Positions 1 to 10,168 of a stretch of 64,000 nt of DNA are shown here, piece after piece. A program made the translations under genes and the position numbers. Within the stretch, counting starts at the first letter, position 1, and every line of letters begins with the position of its first letter. The notes under the pieces were generated by a model. It searched no databases. It was not told the origin of the DNA and was given only the letters and a program-made list of their open reading frames with translations. Origin of the DNA: Octopus vulgaris (Eukaryota); the NCBI GenBank assembly GCA_951406725.2, contig OX597824.1:68510001-68574000 (forward strand), given 5' to 3'.

Positions 1-200
1 ATTTCGTTTTTGGATTTGATTTGCAAGATTCTTTATGTGAGTTCGTGTGTTGAAGCATATTCTGTTTGTGTCTGGGGAGAGTCATTTTCTTTTTGTGCCT
101 TATAATTTAACACACACACCGGTAAAATTTCCACTTATTCCTTATTTTTATTTTCCTAAAATTTTCATTGTGTCTTGCAACCTTTTCAATAGTCTTGACT
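1..200 (-). mobile_element. Fragment of a dispersed repeat (Penelope pseudo-LTR-like); other copies at 23075-23205 and 51325-51632
   Basis: Shares gtctggggag..catt..gccttat..ttaacacac..ttccact..ctaaaattttc..cttg.aacct..caatagt with the other two copies. All copies abut (TA)/(TG) microsatellites. Confidence 0.55.
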
Positions 201-781
201 ATTGTGTGTATATACATATTTATGTATGCACGTAGGAATGTATAGGTGTGTGTGTGTGTGTGTGTGTATGTATTTGCATACACATCTGTATATATTTGTG
301 TGTGTCTTGTGTTTGTAAGTATATATTCCTTTGTTTCTGCAAACACAAACCAGCTAAAAATCTCAAAACAATACAAGTATGGTGTCAACCAATGATTTCT
401 CTTGAGAATTACTCCAACACCTAGTTGTCAATCAACCAGTCAGAGACAGTTATTGGCGCTTCTTGTGAAGAAACCCAGAAGTGCATCTCATTCAATATTC
501 AATAGGGAAATTTGTGCTGTGCATGTACGTATTTGTGTGTTAGCATATGAATGTGCTAATATATGTATATGATGTGTATATGCTTGTGCGTTAGTATATG
601 TATATGTTGTATATGTGTTTGTGTGTTAGCATATATATATGTGTTAGTATATATACAGTAATCATTCATCATATCACAATTCACTTATCATGCACTCAGT
701 ACATCTTGGGTTCTTCTGATTAATATATGTAAATTTATATCACAGACTTCTCAGTATATCATGGGTTTCTGCAGCTAATAG

Positions 782-1220
782 GTATACAAAAACAGGACAA
801 CAAAACATCCAGATAGACGATACAAAGAAAACAAGGACGGGTTATTCAAAGTCTTCTTTCCTCAGTCAAGTACCAGATTATCTTCACAATTTCGGCTGAT
901 TATACTTGAGATTGCTCCAATCTGGCACCAGCTCAATTTAATTTGTCCTTAGTCGAAAGGCACCTGTTGTTATGTCCTGTTATTATTTTTATTGTATTTT
1001 TTTCCGTCCTTGTTTTTTTATACATTCTCTGCTTTCTTCCCAGGAATCTAATGCTCTTAGCTTAGTTTTTCCTTGGGGCTGGCCATATTGGAGCAATCTC
1101 AAGTAAAATCAGCTGAAATTGCAAAGATAATCTTGACTGAGGAAAGAAAACTTCGATGACCCGTCCTTGTTTTCTTTGTATCGTCTATCTGGATGTTTTG
1201 TTGTCCCACTTTTGTATCAC
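782..1220. repeat. Long inverted repeat (arms about 140 bp: 782-926 and 1082-1220)
   Basis: caacaaaacatccagatagacgatacaaagaaaacaaggacggg is mirrored by cccgtccttgttttctttgtatcgtctatctggatgttttgttg. Same family as the palindrome at 23611-23887. Confidence 0.85.
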
Positions 1221-1293
1221 CTAACTGTCTGGATGTATATATATATATTGTGGTGTACGTATATTTTGGTCTATCTATCTATCTATCTATCTA

Positions 1294-1339
<46 letters not shown>

Positions 1340-1366
1340 TTGTTGAAAAGCAGCAAAAATATCACA

Positions 1367-1412
1367 AAAACTGTTACTCAGAGTTTCACGTTCCCATTCG
1401 TTGGACAGTTTT
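1367..1412 (-). ncRNA. Degenerate type I hammerhead ribozyme motif (Penelope-type)
   Basis: Minus strand reads aaaactgt-CCAACGA-atg ggaa cgt-GAAA-ctc t gag-TA-acagtttt. It has an 8-bp stem I, a GGAA-capped stem II and stem III ACTC/GAGT. The core has two substitutions versus CTGANGA. Confidence 0.55.
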
Positions 1413-1525
1413 GTTTGGAATGTTTTTGTAATATTTTTGCTGCTTTTCAATAAAGCATAATACTCTACCTCTGGTATTCAAGTACTATTTTTTTCTACCT
1501 TATTTCACATTTATATGCTTGCTCC

Positions 1526-1581
<56 letters not shown>

Positions 1582-2209
1582 TATATGCTAAGCTAAATGT
1601 TTTTTGGAATGGCCAATAACCTGTTTTAGAGAGCAAAGATGAAGAAAAATATATGGTATATGAAATACTGTACGAGATAAAGTCATGATTTACTGAAATC
1701 ATTTTTGCCTTGAGATAAGGTAAACAAACATAAACTGAAAAGAGCAGCTACAGCTTTAGATTTCTAAGATTAGTCCAGTTCTTGAATGAACTTAATCAGT
1801 GCTGGTATAGAGAATGCAATGAAATTCATTATAAATAATTTGCATGTATTATATAAAACCAGAAAGTTCAGCAATACCAGACCAATAATGGGCAAAATTA
1901 TGTGAGAGACAGGCTAACAGATGGGAAGAGAGAGGGGGTGGAGATAAGGGAGAGGTGTTGAAAAAGGTTGGTGTGAAAGAAAATGAGAAGCAAATACAGG
2001 AAAATGATAAATCAATCTGTAAAAAAGTGGGTGGAGCTAGGAGTAAAGCTTGTTGTTCAATATAATGTGGAGAAACATAATGGAGGAAGTTTGAACTTAG
2101 ATTATAGCCTAAATTATTTTGTGTATAGAGACCATTAATTAAATGTGTGAAGAGGAGGTAACTTCACTTCTTATTTTGGTGGTTGAAGTTGGTCATCAGA
2201 GAAAATGGT

Positions 2210-2463
2210 GAAGGTGCATACCTCAGTTGTTAGAGCATTGGGCTCACAATCATGAAGTGAGTTCGATTCCTGGACTGCGTTGTTGTGTTGTGTTCTTGAG
2301 CAAGACACTTTATTTCACATTGCTCCAGTTCACTCAGCTGCAGAAATGAGTTGCGATATCACTGGTGCCAAGCTGTATCAGTGTTTGCCTTTCTCTTGGT
2401 TTAACATCGGTGGCATGGAGAAGGAAAGCTGGTATGCATGGGCGACTGTTGGTCTTCCATAAA
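2210..2463 (+). mobile_element. tRNA-headed CORE-type SINE (family B), 3' truncated
   Basis: A/B-box-like head (..cagttgttagagc..gagttcgattcc) followed by CORE-like gtgttcttgagcaagacactttatttcac..ctcagctg..aaatgag. Confidence 0.85.
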
Positions 2464-2574
2464 TCTCTCAACATGCATAAAGTCACATCCCCCTCAGTAC
2501 TACTCCCCACTCTCAGTTGAGGGTTTTTTTGTCTTGCAATGTACTTGGTAACCCTTTTGGTGCTTGTGCCATGT

Positions 2575-2800
2575 AAAGGGTACTGATACTGGTGTCACAT
2601 AAAAAGCAATAGTACTGGTGCCACGTAAAAAGTACCCAATAAACTCTGTAAAGTGGTTCACATTAGGAAGGAAATCCAGCTGTAGAAACCATTTCAAGAC
2701 AGATAATAGGCCTTGGTGTGGCTTTCAGTCTTACCAAGTCCTGTTAGACTGTCCAGCCTATGCCAGCATGGAAAATGGACATTAAATGATGATGATGATT
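2575..2800 (+). mobile_element. RTE-related non-autonomous element (family D)
   Basis: gtgccacgtaaaaag repeats, cattaggaagg..atccagctgtagaaac, and tgccagcatggaaaatggacattaaa(tga)n tail. A partial inverted copy lies at about 2850-2975. Confidence 0.7.
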
Positions 2801-3317
2801 ATGATAATGAATATATGTGTGCGTGCTTGTGTATCAGTATCATCTTCATCACCATCATCATTTAACATGTTTTTCATGTTGACATTGGGTTGGACAGTTT
2901 GACAGGAACTGGTGAGTCAGGCGACAGTGCCACTCTATACTCTCTACTTTGGCATGGTTTCTATAGCTGGATGCCCCCCCTCTCTCTCTCTCTCTGTATA
3001 TATATATATATAAAATTAAGGAGGAGAGAAGACAAATTCAAAGGTCAATGTATATATTCATTCAATCCATATTAACAAAATTCTCCATGGTATACAAAAT
3101 ACATACGCAGATGCATTCAGCTATATGATATATAAAAAATTTCTAAGAATTTATAAACACATACATATACATGAAAATTTATAAATATATAAAAATTCAG
3201 ACATATGAAAATTTATGAACACATAAAAATTCATATTTTGAAGCTGTATGGTTAATAGCGCACTAATTTTGGGTGCTTCAACTCAAGTACCAAATTCATC
3301 TGAATCTCAATTATTTA

Positions 3318-3356
<39 letters not shown>

Positions 3357-3361
3357 AACGT

Positions 3362-3508
3362 CACCCTCTTCAAGCCTAGCCAGGCTCATGGGCCTAGTTT
3401 CCAGGTTTCTGTGGTGTATGTGTTCCCCCCAGCTAGATGGGACGCCAGTCCATCGCAGCGTTACTCAAGAAACAGGAAGAGAGAGAGAGAGAAAGTTGTG
3501 GCAAAAGG
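3362..3508 (-). mobile_element. 3' fragment of tRNA-headed SINE family V
   Basis: Matches the 3' half of the fuller copy at 23261-23560 (ttcaagcctagccaggctcatggg..gccagtccatcgcag). Confidence 0.8.
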
Positions 3509-3789
3509 GTATTGATGGGCTCATCAATACAGGATTCCATTATTCCATATTGTCTAAGTATATGCACTATATTTGGAATACAAGACAATATAACGGATTT
3601 TACATATGAATATTATGGATTATTGCAGAAAACTAACCAAGGAAGTATATATGGATTTAAAAACTCTCATCAGAAGCAGTAATTTTTAATTTTTAATTTA
3701 TATTTCAAACAAACACCATTTTATAGTATTACTTCAAATTTAAAAAAAAAACCTACTATTCGATATGTTATACAAAATTCAAATTTTAT

Positions 3790-3879
3790 ATCTCTGAAGA
3801 GCAGAAGAGTTGTCTATAAATGCTTATCAATATAGGATTTCATTATAGGGACAGCACTTCTCTGAAACAATCGTAAGAT
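3790..3879 (+). ncRNA. Type I hammerhead-like motif with long stem II (probably decayed)
   Basis: atct-CTGAAGA-gcagaagagttgtctata...tatagggacagcacttctct-GAAAC-aatc-GTA-agat. Stem I is atct/agat. Stem II pairs agaag/cttct, gttgtc/gacagc and ctata/tatag, but its base is imperfect. Confidence 0.6.
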
Positions 3880-4464
3880 GCTTTAAATACTTGATTCAAA
3901 ACTTTTAAACTGTCATATACATTATATATTTATACTTATACATATTTACATATATTTTTATTCATATTTATATATTTTTAATACAACAATTATTTTTCAC
4001 ACGTGTATATCTTTCTGAGAAGCTTTCTGATATTGATTTCCTAATATTAATAATAATGTATTATTAAAAAAATATATATATAATCACTTGTATTAAGTAT
4101 ATAAATACTTTAATAGTATTAATACTTTGAGACAATAGAGCACTCAATATAAATTCAGTATATAATATATTCATTGAATATATTTAATTAAAGATTTATG
4201 TCGAATTTATTAATAATTAATTAATTCGACCCCCTTTTTCATAACAATATAATGTTTTCTCTCCAAGAATTTAAACTGCAGTTTTTACCTCTGTAGAAAT
4301 GGAATGCTCTATGACTCACGTGGGCGGACAGGGAGAATAATAGATCTCATTCGTATTTTTGGATTCGCTAGTACTGGGTGTCTGGCATAGTTTGTCCGAT
4401 GTTACAGATATCGGACGGGTATGTTTGATTCTTAGTATTTTCAAATCTAAATCAGAAGAAATCT

Positions 4465-4524
4465 CTGAGCTGATGAAGGAAAAGTGGCGTTTTACCCACA
4501 AATCCAGAAACAGACTGTCCTCGG
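4465..4524 (+). ncRNA. Type I hammerhead ribozyme motif, monomer 1
   Basis: ctgag-CTGATGA-agga aaa gtgg..ccac aaa tcca-GAAA-cag a ctg-TC-ctcgg. Predicted cleavage is after GTC at 4519. There is an A.A opposition at the base of stem II. Confidence 0.75.
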
Positions 4525-5026
4525 GTATCGTATATGGATGTGATCTTTCATTGTTTTTCCCTTATTCCTATGTGAGTTATTTTTCTGAGTATGCATTGTC
4601 TGGAGACTTTTATTTGCAGTTGAAGAAATAGCCAAATTTTTGGCTGCTATTTCTGAAAAGTTCGGTGTGTGGTAAAGTGAATTCTTTTACTTTACCATAT
4701 TTTTATAAATTAATACTTCAAATATACCGTAAATGGTCTTTACATACCGAATACTGCTTGGTCGAATTTATTAATAATTAATTAATTCGACACCCTTTTT
4801 TCATAACAATATAATGCTTTCTCTCCAAGAATTTAAACTGCAGTTTTTACCTCTGTAGAAATGGAATGTTCTATGACTCACGTGGGCGGACAGGGAGAAT
4901 AGTAGATCTCATTCGTATTTTTGGATTCGCTAGTACTGGGTGTCTGGCATAGTTTGTCCGATGTTACAGATATCGGACGGGTATGTTTGATTCTTAGTAT
5001 TTTCAAATCTAAATCAGAAGAAATCT

Positions 5027-5086
5027 CTGAGCTGATGAAGGAAAAGTGGCGTTTTACCCACAAATCCAGAAACAGACTGTCCTCGG
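5027..5086 (+). ncRNA. Type I hammerhead ribozyme motif, monomer 2
   Basis: Identical to 4465-4524; predicted cleavage after 5081. Confidence 0.75.
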
Positions 5087-5587
5087 GTATCGTATATGGA
5101 TGTGATCTTTCATTGTTTTTCCCTTATTCCTATGTGAGTTATTTTTCTGAGTATGCATTGTCTGGAGACTTTTATTTGCAGTTGAAGAAATAGCCAAATA
5201 TTTGGCTGCTATTTCTGAAAAGTTCGGTGTGTGGTAAAGTGAATTCTTTTACTTTACCATATTTTTATAAATTAATACTTCAAATATACCGTAAATGGTC
5301 TTTACATACCGAATACTGCTTGGTCGAATTTATTAATAATTAATTAATTCGACACCCTTTTTCATAACAATATAATGCTTTCTCTCCAAGAATTTAAACT
5401 GCAGTTTTTACCTCTGTAGAAATGGAATGCTCTATGACTCACGTGGGCGGACAGGGAGAATAATAGATCTCATTCGTATTTTTGGATTCGCTAGTACTGG
5501 GTGTCTGGCATAGTTTGTCCGATGTTACAGATATCGGACGGGTATGTTTGATTCTTAGTATTTTCAAATCTAAATCAGAAGAAATCT

Positions 5588-5647
5588 CTGAGCTGATGAA
5601 GGAAAAGTGGCGTTTTACCCACAAATCCAGAAACAGACTGTCCTCGG
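5588..5647 (+). ncRNA. Type I hammerhead ribozyme motif, monomer 3
   Basis: Identical to 4465-4524; predicted cleavage after 5642. Confidence 0.75.
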
Positions 5648-5957
5648 GTATCGTATATGGATGTGATCTTTCATTGTTTTTCCCTTATTCCTATGTGAGT
5701 TATTTTTCTGAGTATGCATTGTCTGGAGACTTTTATTTGCAGTTGAAGAAATAGCCAAATTTTTGGCTGCTATTTCTGAAAAGTTCGGTGTGTGGTAAAG
5801 TGAATTCTTTTACTTTACCATATTTTTATAAATATATATATATATATATATATACAAATATATAAAAACACTATGCTCATTATTATATTAGGACAGTCAT
5901 GTGTTTATGTGCATAGATACATACCTTAATATATATATATATATTTACATACATACA

Positions 5958-6070
5958 GGCATATCTGTGTGGTAAGAAGCTTGCTTCGGAACCACATGGT
6001 TTCAGGTTCAGTCCCATTGTGTAACACCTTGTGAGTGGATATGCTAGACAGTAACTGACAGAAGCCTATC

Positions 6071-6109
<39 letters not shown>

Positions 6110-6356
6110 TATATATATGGATGTATGTATATATTTATGTGTGTGTCTTTGTATCTGTGTTTGTCACCCTACTATTGCTTGACAACCGACGTTGGTGTGT
6201 TTATGTCCCCGTACCTTAGCAGTTTGTCAAGAGAGATCAATAGAATAAGTGGTAAGCTTACAAAAACTAAGTTCTGGGGTTGATTTCTTCGACTAAAACA
6301 CTTTAAGGCTGTGCTCCAGCATAGCCACAGTCAAATGACTGAATCAAATAAAAGAA
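5958..6356 (+). mobile_element. tRNA-headed SINE family A with internal microsatellite
   Basis: Head gtgtggtaagaagc..ggttcagtccc, internal (TA)n, and 3' gtgctccagcat..cagtcaaatgactgaa. Confidence 0.85.
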
Positions 6357-6360
6357 TATA

Positions 6361-6607
6361 CAGAGTTGGCCAAAAGTCAGCCGACAGTAAATCAAAATTC
6401 TATAAATACCATCTCTAATTCTGTATCAACTGGAATGGAAAAATGTGTCGTTCATTAGAATCCAAAAATGTGTTGCTTCAGTTTGAACAGTTTTCATGAT
6501 GTTTCATATTTAGATGCTTTGATTAAATTCATTCAGTTGTTAAACATAAATCAATCATGGAATTAAATGGTTTTGATTTACTGTCAGGTGACTTTTGGCC
6601 AACCCTG
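6361..6607. mobile_element. Tc1/mariner-type MITE
   Basis: 37-bp TIRs cagagttggccaaaagtcagccgacagtaaatcaaaa / ttttgatttactgtcaggtgacttttggccaaccctg, flanked by TA on both sides. Confidence 0.85.
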
Positions 6608-6699
6608 TATGCATGAATGAATGTATGTATGTATGTATGTATGTATGTATGTATGTTTGTATGTATGTTTGTATGTATGTTTGTATGACGTACGTACAT

Positions 6700-6755
6700 A
6701 TGTATGTGTATATTTATATATGGATAATAAAACATCTTTCATTTGCTATATATTT

Positions 6756-6794
<39 letters not shown>

Positions 6795-7665
6795 TACATA
6801 CACACATATATACATACATATATGCATACACACATATACACATACACATATGTATGTATGCATGTATGTATGTAGGCACGTATGTGTATATATATTTATA
6901 TATGAATAATAAAACATCTTTCATTTGCTATATATTTATATATCTATGTATATATACATACATAAATACATGCATACATACATACACATATGTATGTATT
7001 TATGTATGTATATATGTATGCGTATATATATATTTATATATGGATAATAAAGCATCTTTCATTTGCTACATATTTATATAAGCATATATATATATATATA
7101 TATATATATAACTTATAAATAAGGGCAAACGAAAACATTTCTAATGCCAAATATGCCGGAATTAGACACCCTGTCCATAACCATATAATTTTTCACAATA
7201 TGCACACTACTCAAAAAAAGGTCGACAGGAATCTCTAAAAAATTCCATTATTACCACATCGAACCAATTGCAGGGTTTGTTCATAAGAACCCTCCCTTCG
7301 TCAGTGATAAATGTGGCAAAGAAATAAATGAGATACTTACTCATACCCATGGAAGAATTGGCATAAGAAATTTTTTCGTTTGCCCTTATTTATAAGTTGT
7401 TTATAAATTTAACCTTTAAAGGTATTTTTTAATATGGTGACCATTGATAAAATTAAAAAAAAAAAAAATTTATCCGACATTAAATATATATATATATATA
7501 TACATACACAGATACATACATACAAAACATACATACATATATACATACACACATATATATATTCACACACACATATGTATGTATGTATGTATGTATGTAT
7601 GCGTGTATATATATATTTATATATGAATAATAAAACATTTTTCATTTGCCATATATTTATACATA
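6700..7665. repeat. Local repeat: four copies of a motif embedded in (TA)/(TACA)n
   Basis: tttatatatgRataataaaRcatYtttcatttgcY at about 6712, 6894, 7033 and 7616. Confidence 0.8.
7110..7398. mobile_element. Element with about 42-bp terminal inverted repeats next to (TA)n
   Basis: aacttataaataagggcaaacgaaaa..tgccaa / ttggcat..ttttcgtttgcccttatttataagtt. The minus strand inside reads CTGACGA-aggg..aaccct (degenerate hammerhead-like). Confidence 0.7.
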
Positions 7666-7700
7666 CATACATACATACATACATACATACATACATACAT

Positions 7701-7739
<39 letters not shown>

Positions 7740-8500
7740 CACGTGTGTGTGCATGCAGGTGGCAAAGAAAGCTACCAAAATACTCATTAACGACACATTT
7801 ACACAGTTTCCGTGTAACAGCTTATCTGTTTCACTTTTTATTAATACTAAGTCGCCAGTTTCATTTTCTCTCTCTCTTTCTCACTAAATTCTTCTTTCTC
7901 ATTGTTGTTTTTCTCACCTTACTCACCTTTCGAATTCACCTTAATTGTCACTGTCTGTTCTCTCTCCTTACATATTCTCACATTTGTACATATTTTACTC
8001 TTTAACACTTTTCCTGCCCTTCTTTCTTTCTTTCGTTCTTTCTTTCTTTCATAAACACATACATACACACAAATGTATATACACACACATACACAGGCAC
8101 TCACACATATGCACACACACATACACGCACACATACAGAGGCATATGCACACATACACATGCACACTTGTCCATGTATACACATATGTGCATACACATAC
8201 ATGGCACACACATACAAACACCCACATACACATACACACAAACACATGCACACACACACATGCAGATGTATACACACACATACACATGGACACTAAAACA
8301 TGCATATACACAAGTGCATACACACATATGCACACACACACATAGAAACACCGACATACACATGCACAAAAACACACAAATTTACACTCAAACATGCATA
8401 TACATACATGCACACACACACATATAAAATCCCATATATATATATACACACACAAACACACACACACTCACACAAACACACATACACACACCAGACTTAC

Positions 8501-8665
8501 TCCATCACTTGGTTTAACACTGCTAATGGAACACATGGGTAATTTCAGTAGAATCCATTCTATTGTAAGCATTCCAATTTGATCTCTGTTCTCCAGACAA
8601 TTCTCTGCATCCACCACTCAAGTCTCAGACGATTAGAAAACTGTCATGGTGATGCCATCTCTCCA
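8501..8665 (-). other. Candidate exon (possibly 5' UTR plus start, MLTIEWILLKLPMCSISSVKPSDG)
   Basis: Unique island bounded by ..aatttAG and a consensus GGA|GTAAGT donor. No homology recognised. Confidence 0.3.
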
Positions 8666-8781
8666 CTAAATTGCATACACATGCACAAAAAAATAGCAAC
8701 AACATACCTGTGTCACTCTCCATATTATTCTTATTCTACTTGAATATGAATGTGTGTGTAATAATACACACACACACACAC

Positions 8782-8821
<40 letters not shown>

Positions 8822-8929
8822 TTAAAATAATAAGGGTAAAAAATTGAATATTAATTTAATTAATATCAATTTAAAACCAGTGGTCTAGCATATTAAAATC
8901 TGAAGATTCAGAAAATTGATGACCATAAT

Positions 8930-9125
8930 GTGGACATTCCTTATGCTAGAAGTAGATCCGCTATGGTCTTACCACTAAGGAAGGAATGTTCTCAAGAAAA
9001 TTTAGCAAATGCCAGAATGTAAGCATTCTGACTTACATTCTGGCGTTTGCTAAATTGTCTTGAGAACATTCCTTTCTTAGTGGTAAGACCATAGCAGATC
9101 TACTTCTAGCATAAGGGTTGTCCAC
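8930..9125. repeat. Near-perfect long hairpin (arms about 94 bp, 8-nt loop)
   Basis: gtggac..ccttatgctagaagtagatc..gccagaatgtaag cattctga cttacattctggc..gatctacttctagcataagg..gtccac. Confidence 0.9.
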
Positions 9126-9266
9126 TTAGAGGTCATCCCACATATATACATATACTTGCTGGCATGGGTTGGATGGTTTGACAGGGAGCTGGCTAGCAGG
9201 GAGCTGTCCAAACTCAAGCTGTCTTTTGAGGCATGGTTTCTACATCTGAATGCCCCCTTCCTAATG

Positions 9267-9555
9267 TATGGCTTAGTGGTTAGGGTGTTGCACACTCACA
9301 ATCTAGTGATCGTGATTTCAGTACCTAGATCGGGTGGTGCGGTGTGTTCTTGAGAAAAACACTGTATCTCAGGTTGCTCTGCGACCACTTTGACACCCGA
9401 CGCATGGCACACAGTGCACCTGTTCAGACAACATCGATTTGATGGAGAGAATGAGCTTATTTGTGGCATGAACATTTGATCACTATAAACAAATCATTTG
9501 TGCAGGTCATTCAGCACAAAGCTGAATACTCATATGATGTCATCAACGGGGAGTC
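9267..9555 (+). mobile_element. Diverged tRNA-headed SINE (CORE-like with alternative 3' body)
   Basis: tggcttagtggttagggtg head and gtgttcttgag motif. The body gcacctgt..catcgatttgatggagagaatgagct is shared with 35670-35972. Confidence 0.7.
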
Positions 9556-9571
9556 CATTCTATCTATCGAT

Positions 9572-9637
<66 letters not shown>

Positions 9638-9739
9638 GTATATCTGTCAGTCTGTCTATCTATCTATCCATCTATTTATCTATCTATCTATCTATCTATC
9701 CGTATATTTTCCGTAGGCTTTTCTTTCCACGGGTAAACC

Positions 9740-10006
9740 TCACCTGTCCTCCCCTTTACACTTCATATTGACATTTCTGTGATAACGATCCCTATTGATC
9801 AATTTTTTTTTTTTTTTTTTTTTTCCTCTCCCCCTTTTTTTAACCCCCCTTTTTTTTGTCCTCCTTCTCTCCTTTTACGATCCCTTTTGATCGAAACTCC
9901 CCCTTACTTTTTTTTTTTTTTTTTTTTTTTAAACATTCAAAAGAAAAGCTCTACCTTGTAATTTGTTCTATCTGTGTGCAGCCCTGTGTGGCTAATAAAG
10001 AAACAT
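9740..10006 (+). mobile_element. 3' UTR fragment of a non-LTR retrotransposon within (CTAT)n
   Basis: cgatccctattgat..poly-Y..ctctac.ttgta.tttgt..ctgtgt..agccctgtgtggc..aat.aa is shared with 31720-31858. Confidence 0.55.
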
Positions 10007-10117
10007 ATCTATCTATCTATCCATCTATCCATCTATCTATCTATTTATCTATCTATCTATTGATTTATCTATCTATCTATCAACTTATCTATCTATATTA
10101 TATATATATATATGCAT

Positions 10118-10168
<51 letters not shown>

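Larger units (their letters stand above)
4200..5833 (+). repeat. Tandem array of about 2.9 copies of a 561-562 bp monomer, each with a hammerhead motif (retrozyme / Penelope pLTR-like)
   Basis: Units start gtcgaatttatt at 4200, 4761 and 5323 and differ at only a handful of positions. The array ends in (TA)n. Confidence 0.95.

Noticed and set aside
4359-5754. Repeated 90-aa (+) and 61-aa (-) ORFs in each array monomer
   Set aside because: They have non-ATG starts and no recognisable domain. Their identity across copies simply reflects the recent tandem duplication.
6595-8582. Many ORFs rich in YI, HT, VCMY and similar (also throughout the window)
   Set aside because: They are translations of (TA)n, (CA)n, (TACA)n and (CTAT)n microsatellites.
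8897-8925. ctgaaga ttca gaaa as a hammerhead core
   Set aside because: There is no room for stem II and no convincing stem I or cleavage triplet.
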